A DNA stretch of 64,000 nucleotides from Chrysemys picta bellii (lineage: Eukaryota). This document shows positions 1 to 12,435 of this stretch, piece after piece; position 1 is the first letter of the stretch, and each line of letters opens with the position of its first letter. The DNA is taken from NCBI RefSeq assembly GCF_011386835.1, contig NC_088791.1, forward strand, positions 325,872,001 to 325,936,000, read 5' to 3'. A program made the translations under genes and the position numbers. The notes under the pieces are model-generated. The model did not search any database and was not told the origin of the DNA. It saw only the letters and a program-made list of their open reading frames with translations.

Positions 1-584
1 TTAGAGCACCCACAGGGCTATTCTGGTAGGAAGAGCTGGAGCCCAGTTGCACTCTGGAACTCCTCCACAGTCTTTAGCCCTATCTATGCTCCCAACTTTC
101 ATGCCATTTTGTTGGCTCTGCAGCGGGTGAGGACACCTGGCTTACCAGGAGGATTCCCAGTTGGCCCATTTTGCCAACTGTATGGTCCCTTTGTCTAAGG
201 CCATCAGGAAGCCAGAAGGGGAAGAACCGAGGGATTCTGAAGGCCACAGGCTGGGGTGAGAACAAAAACAGTAGGAAAAAACAGAAGAGCTGGAGCTTGG
301 AAGATGGGCGACAACCAGGAAAGCGCAGCATCTATGAGGAATATTTTCTCTTTTGTAACATGCTGCTGTCCACATTGGCTCCAAAATATAATATAAAATA
401 AATAAAATACTGGAAATCTGCAAACTATGTTATAAACACCTCTCAAAGTCCGGGTTATACACACACATAAATGGCTCAGATTTCACTCTTGTGGGTTATT
501 ATTGTTTCACCAGAACTTTGAGCTGTATTTATAACTTTCTAAGCTGGAATATTGCAGGACCCATTCCTTGTTTTAGAGCGGTTA

Positions 585-775
585 CAGGCACTGTGGCCTG
601 GAGGAGTGATCATAGCACGGACAGTCAGAAGGTCTGGAATCCTGCCACTGATTCACTGTGTGGCTTTGGGGAAGTCACTTCACCTCTGTGCCTCGGTTCC
701 CCCCCATAATAAAGATGTGGGACTAGTCATACCCACAAGAGTATGAGGATCAGTTAATGTGAACACTGTAATAAA
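585..775 (+). mobile_element. Old CORE/MIR-like SINE, decayed
   Basis: Contains a MIR-core-like string (gccactgattcactgtgtggctttggggaagtcacttcacctctgtgcctcggttccc). Boundaries approximate. Confidence 0.6.
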
Positions 776-974
776 AAAATAAAGAACCTAGCACACTTTT
801 GGTGCTAAACAGATAATGGTGCTGCTGATTATAATAATAGCTAGTTACATAATAATTAGTGCAGGGAAACGGAAGCTGCTGGTTGGGTCCCACCAGTTAT
901 TCTCAGGACATTCTGAAGGGAGTGGCAGTAGGGACCATGCCTACTTGTGTATTAGTGCCTAGCACAACAGCGAC

Positions 975-1186
975 CAAGGCTTAAATTCTCACAGAGTATT
1001 TCCCAGGGCCTCCGGGCTTCTGTCCCGCAGGAGACACCAGGGTTTGGGGCTTCTGCCCTGTGGGAGGTGCTGGGGCTCAGGGCTTTAGCCCCTGAGAGGT
1101 GCTAGGGCTCAGGGCTTCTGCCTTGCGGGTTTGAAAATATTTACCGGAGTGCTGCTCCAGACAGCTCCGGCTGAATTTAAGCCCTG
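975..1186. mobile_element. hAT-type MITE
   Basis: TIRs caaggcttaaatt and aatttaagccctg; 8-bp flanks acagcgac/acagtggc (6/8 match). Confidence 0.65.
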
Positions 1187-1408
1187 ACAGTGGCCTATCC
1201 TGACTGGGATCTCTGGCTGCTACTGCGATACAGAAGGAGAAGAAACAGCCTGGAAGGGAGCTGTCGGCCACAAACAAACAAACAAAACCACAGTTCTTTC
1301 ACAACGTAATCTTAAATATTAGAAACTGTACTTCCGTAAGTTTTGTTAACACTGAAATTCTCATGGTTTTTAATGTCATGAGGCCCACTCAATAAAAAAC
1401 ACATCTAA

Positions 1409-1657
1409 GGGTACGTCTACACGGCAACAAAACACCTGTGGCTGGCCCGTGTCGGCTGACTCAGGCTCATGGGGCTCTGGGTGCGGAGCTATAAAATGGC
1501 AGTGCAGATGTTCGGGTTTAGGCTGGAGCCCAGGCTGTAGAATCCTGCATGGGGGAAAAGGTCCTAGAGCCCAGGCTTCAGCCCAAATGTCTATACTGCA
1601 GTTTTATAGCCCCACACGGGCCTGCCAGCAGTGTCTTTCTGCTATGTAGACATACCC
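1409..1657. mobile_element. PIF/Harbinger-type MITE
   Basis: TIRs gggtacgtctaca and tgtagacataccc; 3-bp TSD TAA at 1406-1408 and 1658-1660. Confidence 0.8.
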
Positions 1658-2394
1658 TAAGGTACCTACGTGTCCTCCCCACCATTCCCACAGTATCTAA
1701 GCACTTAATGCTTGTATCCTACAACATCCCTGGGGATGAGGAACTGAGGCCCAGGGTCATGCAGGAAGTATGTAGCAGAGTGGGGATATGAACCCAGATC
1801 TCTCAAATTGTAGACTGGTGCCCTAATCACTGGAACGTTCTTCCTCTATAACACGCCTTTATTATTTTCCTGGTATCTCCTTTACGTAAATGCCAAGCAA
1901 ACAGAAACAAACTTCTCACTAATTTGTTGTCCAGGTGATCATTTTACTGGAGTCATGATATGTAGCAGAGTCATATTTTGAAAGTCTCTTATCTCTAGTG
2001 AACAAAGTGTTTTGCAAGGTTAATTACCACAAATGGCTCTGATATGTAAAAATTGGTGGCTTATTTTGACAAATTTGAGTTTGTAACTTTAAGAGTTGCT
2101 CACAAGTGGTAGGAGTACAAAAGGCTTTTCTCTTTTTTAGCACATTCCTCTCCTCAACCTGTACAAATCTGTGAGCCAGGAGATGATGATATCTTGGCAG
2201 AAGGATTTTTATGTTGAAATTATGCACTGCGCTAAAGCCCTCCCCCGCCCAACGCACTCTCTGTGCACTCCATAGCATGATGAAACTGCTGATCTCAACT
2301 GGACAACAAATGATAATTCTGATAACACTTCACATTTGAAGTGTTGCCAGTTTTCAGTTTTTTATCATGTCACTTGATAGTTGACATTTTCCTT

Positions 2395-2701
2395 CATAGG
2401 CGTTGACTCTGTGGGTGCTGCGGAGCTCAAGCACCCAGCACCCACCAGCCACAACTGTTGGGCGGGGCTGCTGATCAGCTGTTGGGCAGCTGGTGGGAGG
2501 TGCTTGAAGAGCAGCAAGCAGCGAGTGAGCGGGTGGTCTCGGGGATGGGGGCGGAGTGGTGGTGGGAAGAAGTGGAGTGAGGGCAAGGCCTCAGGGCGGG
2601 AGGAGGCGGGGCGAGGGCGGAGTCTCGGCGGAGGGGGCGGGGCCTCAAGGCAGAGCGGGGATGGAGCACCCACTGGAAAAGATAAAAAAGTCAGTGTCTG
2701 T
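2395..2701 (+). mobile_element. hAT-type MITE with G-rich interior (cataggcg family)
   Basis: Begins cataggcgttgactc and ends aagtcagtgtctg. It is a reverse-complement relative of 14112-14430. Confidence 0.6.
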
Positions 2702-3232
2702 TCCCAGAGTGTTGTGGCTATTACAAATTTGTATTACCATAGCACCTACGAGCTGTAGTCATGGACCAGGAACCTACTGTACTAGGCAGCGTACAAAATT
2801 TAAAAACACATTTCTAGCCCTCATGGTTGTGAAGAAAACCTTGAAAACATGAAAGACTCCAACCCAATTTTTTAAATATCTCATGATTTTTAAGCCCATC
2901 TCATGGTTTTTTGTTTTTTTTTTTGACCACTTAGGGGGTTGGAATGTGGCACTGCTGTAGAGCCTTGTAATCAGTAATCTTCAAGTGCTTTCTAAACATT
3001 AATTCTTTAAAGTTTCACACCATCCCCTTTGCAGTGATAAAGGATAAAGTGAGCCCATTTACAGATGGGGGCAGGGAGACGGTTACGCCAAAGTTTTCAT
3101 ACCTGGGTAACTAAAGTTAGGATCCTAAATCTATATTTAGGCCTGTAAATTTAATATGGATTTAGGGGTCTGATTGTAAGCCAGATTCATCCTTCTGATC
3201 CAGTCAAACAATTCCTTTGTTCCTGTGTCTGT

Positions 3233-3335
3233 AGGTCAAAGGCCCATCTAGTTCAATATGCTACCTCTGAGAGTGGCCATCACCAAATGCTTCAGAAGTA
3301 GGTGCAAGACACCCCACAGTAGGCAGATTTGGTTA
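3233..3335 (-). mobile_element. CR1 LINE 3' end fragment
   Basis: Reverse complement resembles a CR1 3'UTR (cttctgaagcatttggtgatggccac...gaactagatgggcctttgacc). Confidence 0.55.
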
Positions 3336-4395
3336 TCCCCCTTTTTGTCTCCCCCAAACATGCCAGCACTGGAACACAGAGGAGGCAATTTGGGCATAGC
3401 CTGTTCAGGAGTTGGGGCCTTTCGAAGTCTATGCCAGCCACCTCGCCTCAGGCTCCCATCGGAGTGCTTACTGCTTCCAGAGCTACTGCACAGGAGGTAC
3501 AGAGATGATGAAGCCACCATTGCACCTGGTATGGGGAACCAACCCTCCTGCACCAGGGGTATTTCCCAGAAGTCTTATGCCCACACTAGCCTAGCTGATA
3601 TAAAGGGGGAGCAGCAAAATGTTGAATCAGGCTCCCCTCCCCCCAAGTTGAACTGGGAACCAATCCCAGGAGTCTTGCCTCCTGGTCCCCTGTGCTACAT
3701 ATTAGCATATATGGCTGTCATGGCTCTGCAAGAATATGAACATTTGTACAAAGAGGAGCAGAAGAGATAGATTGGACAAATTCCAATGTCCCTTACAGTG
3801 TGAAACCAGAAGATTGAATTCCACTGATCCTCCTGGAGTTACACTGGGCCAAACCTGCTGTCAGTGAGATCGGAATTGGACTCAGTGCCATCCAGGCAAT
3901 ACACTCTGGTTTTACACTGATGTCACTGAGCGCTGAATATGGCCAAATAACCTGACAGGGCTGTATCCTTTTTTTCAAGGAGCCGCTGTGGAATCAATGT
4001 TTGTAACAGTGGAATATGGCAAGGCCCTGTTAGTATTTCAGCTCTGATCCTCAGGGCTCTGTTTTAAAAGTAATTTTGCCAACAGTTTCATGACTATCTG
4101 AGCAGAAAGTCTGGTTTGCTTGTAAATGAGACTTTGTAGAAACATGGCAAGAGGCAGAGATACCATGAACCTGGAAATGTTTCCAGATGGGGGGATTTCT
4201 GGTGAACTTTTTACTCCTGCATCTAAATGAGACACTATTAGCATTTTAAAAGACTGCAAAGATTTGAAAATTAGGATGAAGTTAGGATCAGTTCCCACAG
4301 CTTCACTTTGAACGAGGCAGCTTCACAGTAGGATGGGGGAGGAAACACTGTCTTATTAAAATATATATCTTAGTTTATTCCCAGAAGCATAGGGC

Positions 4396-4397
<2 letters not shown>

Positions 4398-4426
<29 letters not shown>
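4398..4426. repeat. (GA)n microsatellite
   Basis: Direct reading of the sequence. Confidence 0.95.
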
Positions 4427-4427
<1 letters not shown>

Positions 4428-4900
4428 CATGCGCACGCCCAACATCTGACAGTAATAGGAACGAGGGAGTCAGGGGAACATCTTGAAAGGAACTGGGCTT
4501 GTCTTAGGAAATTAAAGACACATGAGTAGCCATTAAGAAGCCTGAGAAAGAAAAGGGGCTGGGATTCTCGAGTAAAGCAGTCCTGCAGGAGTGGTTTACA
4601 AGAGCTAGGAGCAGTAGCATGCGTGACTTTAATCTGGTGTTGGACATTATTGGTTTCTAAGTAGGCTGGAAGAAATGAAGACCAAACAATGTGTTCTAGT
4701 TCTAGAATTGCCGTCTTTGATGCTTTAGGAAAGTAATTTGATTGCAACAAATGGGTCCCAGGGACAGGAACTTAGTCCATAAATATCACCGATCCACATC
4801 ATTTAAAGAAAAAACAAAAACCTCACTCTGCGCAATTTTTTTTTGCAGGGTTAATATTCTTTGACATAAGAGGCCTGCAGCTGAGTCAGCAGAGAGATTG
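4427..4900. promoter_or_regulatory. Candidate enhancer with NRF1-like and MARE/AP-1 motifs
   Basis: gcatgcgca at 4427-4435; gctgagtcagca at 4880-4891 (12/13 of TGCTGA(G/C)TCAGCA); the sequence is not recognisably repeat-derived. Confidence 0.35.
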
Positions 4901-6959
4901 ATTTCTCTCTCCCTTTGAGAGAGAGAGAGAAAGAAGGTCCCTTTGGGTCAGGATTAAGGGCTTGGAAGGGGCCTAATGGGAAAGTTCATCTCACAGCCAC
5001 CAGTACTATCCAGTACTAGGCCCATGGATATCAACAGGATGTGGGTTTTGAGCACTGTCAGCTCCTCCATGATGTATTTCTTTTTAATTTTCTTCTTTGA
5101 AAATACACCAGCAAAGAACATTCTTTATTATCATAACAAAAGCTCTGCTTGACTGACTTTAAGACATTCCTAATTGTTTTAAATCTGTCAGGAGCGCTTT
5201 CAGTTTACATTTCTGCAACCACTCAAGAGATTGCTGTAAAGAAAACAAACAAAAATGGACTGGCTGGCTCAGAAGGTGGGTAATGGGTTATAGTGTTTTC
5301 TCCTCTAGCTCACTGCTTCAGATCACTGACCAGAACTGGACTTGTCTACCTGTTGTTTAATGGCCTTTCTGAAATGAACTGGTTGATACCGTTCAGTTCT
5401 CAGGGGACAAGTGTTAATTCTGGTGGTGGTTTCTGTGATGTTGACGCTAGTTGGCAAACTTGTTTGCAAGTTAAATAACTGAATGTATGTAATAATCAGC
5501 AGATAAAAACTAGGTCTCATTGCAGTAGGGCACACCTACCCTCTCAAAACCGGAAAAGGATGTACATAAGATGTTAAGGGGAAGACTTGTGCGTTTCTTT
5601 CCATCTTCATGTTGCCCCCAATTCTAATCGACAAACTGTGATGCTCTGTTGGGTTTCACTTCCATCTCCAACAGTTACGTACCCCAACTCCATCAAACTG
5701 ACCCTGCAATGAAACCTTAACAATGACCCCAGCAACAGTCTGGTGGAATAGCTTCCCAAGTGCATTCAAATGTCCTGACCTGTTGACAGGATTGATATAA
5801 AAGCTTATGATAGCAGCAGCTTTATACCATCATAACTACATCCACACTACGAAGTTGTACTGTTTTTGCTGTCTAAGTCAACATAGAGCAGTAAACCAGC
5901 TGCATGGAGGGCACCCAGGACCCCTTGAGCCATGGAAATATCTGTAGGGAGAACTTGGGGGCATAGCAACCATGGCAGGGTAACCATGGAATATCTCCAG
6001 AATCTCTTCTTGTGTGTGTGTGTTGCCTCCCACCAAACAGAAAGCATTCTGTTATTCGTATTTGTTTTACGCTCACAGGCGCCATCTTTCTGAATTGCTG
6101 GGGGGGCAGGGGTGCTTGACCACTGCTCCACCCCAGGCCCTGCCCCAACTCCATCCCCCCCCCCAAGCTCCACCCCTGCCCCACCTCTTCCCATCCCTGC
6201 CCAGTTCTGCCCCCTCCCCCGAGCACCCACTATTTTTTTTCTGGGGGTGCTCCAGCCCTGGAGTTAGACACACGTCAAGAGACAGGCCGCCGCACCCTGA
6301 AGCATTGCCGCCTAACTAGACAAAGGATGGGGAGAAAGGGCTACAACATACAAACAGAAGATCAGGGACTGAATCGCAGCAAGAGTAAGGGCCTGACTCA
6401 ATGAATGTTGAAGGCTTCCCAGTGGCTTTGGAGCAAGCCCATCAAGATTCCTTACGCTCACACAGGCAGCAGATGGAAGAGCTGGGATCTGAACGTGGTT
6501 CTTCTGAATCACAGCTTAGGGCTTTAACCACAAGACCATGTAGCTCCATGGAATCGCTGCTGCCCAGGCTTTTTCCAGATGCCTCTGCCCCAGCTGTCTC
6601 TCTATTTCCCAGGCTGGGGCGGGGGGACCATAGGAGAGGCAATGCAGTCTTTGCCCATGTAAACAGAAAAACAAAAATAAAGCCACATGAACTATCTATC
6701 TATCTGTGCATTTAAATAACAGTCATCACCCTGGTATCTGATGAACCAATGTCAGCTCACAATAATAAAGAAATCTGAAGACACACACACACAGTTTTTT
6801 TTCCAGAGACCCAGCCACTCAAGTCATACCCTCAGGAAAAGCCTGAGTAAGTAATTAGTCCTTGTGACATGCCCTGACAGTCAGCAAAATCTGGCTCTGT
6901 CAGAATCAGGAGCGCCGTGGGCATCAGGGTTGAGAGCCTGTCATTGAGAAGGGAGGAAG

Positions 6960-7510
6960 GAGGGACCAGTAGTTGGGGCACTGGCTTGGAAAGCAGGAGA
7001 TGTGGCCTAAGTTCACTGCCCTGCCACAGACCCCAGTGTGACCTGGGTCAAGTCACCTAGGCCTCATCTCTGCTTGCAGCAGTGTGTAGGGTCCGTGTAA
7101 CTATACACCGCAGTGAAAAGCAGGTTGTGTCCACACTGCAGCCTGTAGCTATACCTGGCAGTGAGAGGCTCTGGCAGGGGGGAAATAGCAGGACTCTACA
7201 CAGCTAAAAATAGCAGTGTAGACGTGGGAGGCACCGCTCGGGTGTGTAGGAGGCCGTGCGGAGTACACAACCCGTAGTTGTGGTGTGTCTGTACTCTGCT
7301 TGTGAAAGCAGTGCCCACCTGTGCTAGCTAGGCGTGCAACATCTATCCTCTACACACCGCTATCAGTGTTGGACCTACCCTGAGTCACTCTGGGCCTCAG
7401 TTCCCCAACTGTAAAATGGGGATAAAACCCCTACCTCATGGATGTTGTGAGGATTAAAGACGGTGAGATGCTCAGATATTACAATCACGGGGGCCTTATA
7501 AATACCTTAG
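6960..7510 (+). mobile_element. MIR-like SINE interrupted by a Harbinger-type MITE (about 7060-7380)
   Basis: The MIR core breaks at agtcacctag and resumes at tgagtcactctgggcctcagttcccc; the insert carries gtccacact/agtgtagac motifs. Confidence 0.55.
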
Positions 7511-10165
7511 ATAAACATGCTTTGTGCCCAGGGGAGCAAATTTAAAGGACTGTCATCAAGTGCTCTGGTTTACCTGCATAGTCAGAGTGAAACACACAGA
7601 GAGAACCAGGGCCTGATCCTCCCTTGCCTTGCATAGGTCATTGACCTTATGCGAAGTGGGTGTAAAATGCTACTGTTTGGATTGGGTCGTGTTTTGCGCC
7701 CACCTTGTACGGGCCTAAATGGTTATGCAAGGTGCCAGTTGCTGAAGAACCAGGCCTCTAGTTTCCACCAGAAGTATGGGACACAGGAGATGAGCTCACT
7801 TGGAACATAGTGGAAGCTGCCACAAAAGGCAATGGGAAACTCTGAAAAGCTGTTTATTCAGAAGCAATTTCTGTGTACGTGTAATATTTTCTGAATTTCT
7901 TACCCTTCCCTGGTCACTACTAAGAGCACTTCCATGGAAAAGAGGGCCAGATCCCCAGCTGGAGATTTATACCAGCTGAGGAGCTGGCCTGGGGGTCTTT
8001 GTTTCTTTTGCGATCTTCTGCTTCAGATCTCCCCTCACCCTACCTCCTCCCAAAGTCCTTCATGCCTCCTTGTGATGACATAATTTCTACTGCAACTGGT
8101 GGAACAGCATGACTTCAGGTGGAACAGGAGCAGATCGACTTTATCACCTCAGTGATAAAGAATGAGTGAAGAAAAATGCAAAATGTAAATATTTGTCTCT
8201 ATTATTTGGGTGCCTTCTTCTCTAAATTACAGCTGTGTACACCAGGATTAACTTCACTGAACACGTAGGAGTTATACCAGGGAAAGGAAATTCAGCCCTT
8301 TCATCTTTCCAATTGCCCATCTGCACAGTGGAATTCCTAATACTTCACAGGTTGTGAAATTTAACCATTTGGTGTTTGTAAGACAATGGCATCTTGGGAT
8401 GTCAGCATTGTTTAAAAAAAAAAAAACCACACCCTTGACAAATTACGATTTCTGTCATCTCTTGATTTCAGTAAAACTCTGCATTTTCTTAGAACTCTTC
8501 CACTTCCTGGTTGTTTTCGGGGGAGAATTCAAATTTCTGTTAAAATGATACAGAGTTTTTTCCAAGTTCAAGCAAATGCTGCCTTTGTAACACTCAGCAA
8601 ATAAGTGTTCTTTGGTGACAGTGCTTCCAGCAGTAATTGTGCCTCAGCAGGTAGTTAATTATTTTAGGCTACTGGGCTGTGGGTCAGTACTGAGGCAATT
8701 AGATGTTTTGAAGTTGCAATATATACAGCATGTAGGTACAGGTAGAAAGCATTGTATTCCTATGTCCATGAATCTCTGCAACAACCCCAAAGACAATCCC
8801 AGGCTTCCAGTCCATGGGTTTTTTCTGTTTTGTGCTAGTCATTAATCTCAGAAATGCATAAAAAATTGATTTCCTTTTCATGACATTGTTTTCAAATGAC
8901 TCTTCTGTTTTCTTCGGCTCATTTTGGCAGCCTCTGTAGCTTTGGAGCTATATAGAATCTGTTAGATTCATCCGTGTAGCAGTCTTGTAGTGTCTTATGT
9001 ATTTCAGGGGGGAGTGGGTTCTAGACATGTTACTGGGGTTAAACTAACACTTAAAGCTTTGGAACCCAAATGGTTCTCTTTGGCTGTGCACATCAGCCTC
9101 CCATGCGGGGAGGGGGGGGGAATAAATGCAGCAACATTCCTTTCACACTCCTACTCGCCTCTGAGGTTCTTCCACTTCCTTCCTATGGCTTTTTTTAGAA
9201 GCCAGTGTGTTTTTCTCACGTCCGGCAACAAAGGATGTTTTGTGCTGCTGCTGAGGTTGTTGAGTTGTCTTTTTTTTTTTTTTTTTTTAACTTCAGTTTG
9301 TAGCTAACGTGTTTGAAAGGGGAGCTCTTGTTTGCGTGGGAGCCCTGAAGCTTTTCGCCCTATAGTACCTTGAGACAGATCAAATGCAAGGGATTGTTTG
9401 GGGGGTTTTTTTGCCTTCCACTAGTTTACATTTGTATTTTTCTGAAATGGTCTCATTTTCATGTACGACTTGGATTCTCGCAGACTGAAACATAGGGCCA
9501 AATTCAGCTCTCATTTTTCCACCCGTGGAAGTCTGCAGTGACTCCACTGTGCTTAGTTACACTTGGATTTACATGTGTGGAATTGAGGGCAGAATTGGGC
9601 CTGTGAACTTTTTAGTGCTTTGTTAGTTTTCGGCGCAAAAATTCTAGAAAAAGTTGATCCATTTAACATATACCACACCTTAGAAAACCAATTTCCATTC
9701 TACCCATGCTGTGGTCCTAATTTACCACTGCTACTCCAATTATATGCTGTGTAACCTCATTTACTCGAGTTTATTTCCACTGATTTCAAACTGGAGTAAT
9801 GCTGTGATAGATCAAGCCTTTTATTTTGAATATATTTTTAAACATTATTGTCTCCTTCTACCATAGCTGTATCACTGCCACCATAATAAATTAACTGTGG
9901 TCACATACGTTGGCATTACATGTTTCAGGGAGAGAAACTCCAAAGGGAAATATGGGGGCAAAACCAGCCACAATGTCAAGGAGCCTGGATATTGGATACT
10001 TTGGTATTAGGTGTTTCCAATTGATTATTATTTGTGGGCTGTTAGACAAGGTGAGGCAAAAATACCCCTAAACAGCCTGGAATTGTATCATAAATCTCAG
10101 ACAGCACTAACGTAATCTTTAAGTCTGTTTGTGGATCCTTAGATAGAGAGCATGAGTTATAGCTT

Positions 10166-10273
10166 GGGCCTGATTTTGATCTCTCCCATACCAGTTTTAC
10201 ACAGGTGTGACTCAATTGGTTTCACTGAGTTACTCCTGATTTACCGCAGTGCAAATGAGATCAGAATTGGGCA
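10166..10273. mobile_element. Short palindromic MITE (gggcctgatt family; other copies about 7610-7755, 19991-20097, 39834-39937)
   Basis: About 110-bp imperfect palindrome with gggcctgatt-like termini, recurring across the window. Confidence 0.55.
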
Positions 10274-10477
10274 CAGCATGCTGTCATCTTTCCTTTTACC
10301 CTATGCATATAATTTGTTTGCAGGACATGTTATTGGGGATACACCCTGCCAACTCACATATTAGCTGCCCTCAGATTACATGTTGCAGACTTCAGACCAA
10401 TACACATAATTGCAACTTTTTAATATTATCCGTAATATCCAGTAGCTAGCATGGGCTGTTACCAAGAGTGTCTTGAC

Positions 10478-11541
10478 CAGGGTGGATAAAAAAAATGGAC
10501 TATTTTAAATTTAAATTAAGTATACTTTTGTTTTTAAAATAAACCAATTTAAAATTAATTTTAAATTAGAACAACCTTTACGGCCTGAATTTACTATATT
10601 CTATTAAAATAATTTACATTAAATAAAAATATTATTGAGCAGTATATATTTGTTGCTGAAGTTTTAAAGAAAGTCAAAGCATTGAACTGGTGGAAGTCAT
10701 TGCCTGAAGACCCTGGCACCAGAGTTTGTTGAAATGATAAACCAGCTTTTGACAACAAGAGCCTCTTCTGCAGGTACAGAGAGAATATTTTCTCCATTTC
10801 AGTTTTTCAACTAGTTCAATTCCATTACTAGTTCATTCAAAGTTAAAAAGCTGATTGGGAGTTGAAAAGGCAGGAAAGTTTGTTTTCCTCTTCCAAGCTA
10901 TGAATAAAACTAGGTGGGAGAGGATAAAATCTACTACTTCTAAAGGACCAGAAACAATCAGTTCAATTCACTAACTGTAGATGAAACTTCCTTTGTTTAT
11001 TAAATTAGTTCACTTAAAATGCAAGACATGTTTTGATAAACTTTTTTCTTGTGTATCCAGTTCATTTAAGGTAGTTTTATTTAACTAATAAAAAACCACA
11101 AATACTGTTTTTGCACATAATTGAATTCCAATTTCCATTTGAATAGAGCTTGACACGAATCCCAAGTAAAACAAATCAATCATAAGAAATGCATCATTTT
11201 CCATTTTCTAGCATAACCAAATATATGTGAAAATTAAGAATCTGAATAAATGTATGTTAATATATATAATTGATTAAATAAATGTATATAGATTTAGGGC
11301 ATTGTCCTGGTTAGCAAAAAGAGTTACCAAATTTACTGTAAAGACTATTTGGAAATCAACCTATTTTAATGGCTACCAGCCAATGAGAATCAAACTTTTC
11401 TTTAAACAAAAACAAACAAACAAACAAACCACACTAAGTAGTACAAATACAAAACAAGATTAAAATTTATGATTTAAATCAAGGTTTCCTGCTTGTTGAT
11501 TTAAATCATTATAATTGGCGATTTAAAATCAAGCCACCCTG
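10478..11541 (+). mobile_element. hAT deletion derivative retaining the transposase C-terminal dimerisation-domain remnant
   Basis: TIRs cagggtggat and agccaccctg; 8-bp flanks gtcttgac/gccttaac (6/8). About 10682-10908 translates, with shifts, to LNWWKSL..LAPEFVEMINQLLTTRASSAGTERIFS..LVHSKLKS*LGVEKAGKFVFLFQAMNK, a hAT SSAxxERxFS motif. Confidence 0.8.
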
Positions 11542-12229
11542 GCCTTAACCAGGAAAAATGGTCAAGGCAGCCTGTAACTGACTTACTTTAATGAGTTGCT
11601 GGGTTCATACCATTTCCACGCAGGCTCCGCAGAAGGGAGAGGCAAGTTCTCCCACAAGACACAACAAATATATTTATATAGAATGGCATGGTTTACTGTA
11701 GTGCTAAGAACCCTGGCATGTGCCCCAGAAACCTTACCTCTACACATATGGGAGCAGAGCTCCAGGGGGGTGTTCCACCAGCCCTTAGAGAACTCAGCTG
11801 TTATTCTGTAGGGTGGTTGCTTTCCCTCACGATAGGCTAACTCAAGGGAAGTAACTCGGCGGTGGATCACTGAAATTAATCATGGACATACATACTCTGT
11901 CAGGCTTAGCTAATGTGCTAGCTAAACCCAACCTAAACTTATCCTTTTCCATAGTGCAGATAGAGGGTAATACCTTTAGCTCGATTTTAACTGATCAAGT
12001 GGTTGTACTCAAGCCCAAGTATCTCAGGCTACGTCTATACAGCAGTGGAAGGTAACTGCTTGTCCTCTCAAAGCAGTCAGGGTGCTGTTTTTTAGGGAGT
12101 AGTCGAGATTTCTGCTATTGAAATCATATTGAGTCTAGTACGATTTCAATGCTGTTCCATAATATTTCCTAGACATTATGGCTATTACGTGGGGCCCAGT
12201 ATGAAGGAATAAAAACAACAGTACTTTGC

Positions 12230-12435
12230 AGCTTCATAGCACCTTCCATCCAGGATCACCAAGGTGCTTTGCAAACAGTAATGAACCACCCTTTGAGGTA
12301 GGGAAGTGTTGTTATCCTAATTTTACAGGCTGGGAACTCAGGAACAGGGAAGTTGTGTAACCCTCCCAGAGTCACACTGTGGCAGAGCCAGGCATTTCAG
12401 ACAGCCCAGTGCCCTAGTGCTCTCAGCTAGACAAT
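12230..12435 (-). mobile_element. MIR-like SINE
   Basis: Reverse MIR-like core (ctttgaggtagggaagtgttgttatcctaattttacag). Confidence 0.5.

Noticed and set aside
3258-3770. 170-aa ORF
   Set aside because: It starts inside a reversed CR1 3'UTR, has no recognisable domain and has no convincing splice context.
6738-6778. C/D-box-like words (tgatga ... ctga)
   Set aside because: The span is too short for a snoRNA and has no terminal stem.
9270-9300. Strong-looking acceptor (T-run plus aacttcag at 9296)
   Set aside because: No credible donor downstream; poly-T runs mimic acceptors.
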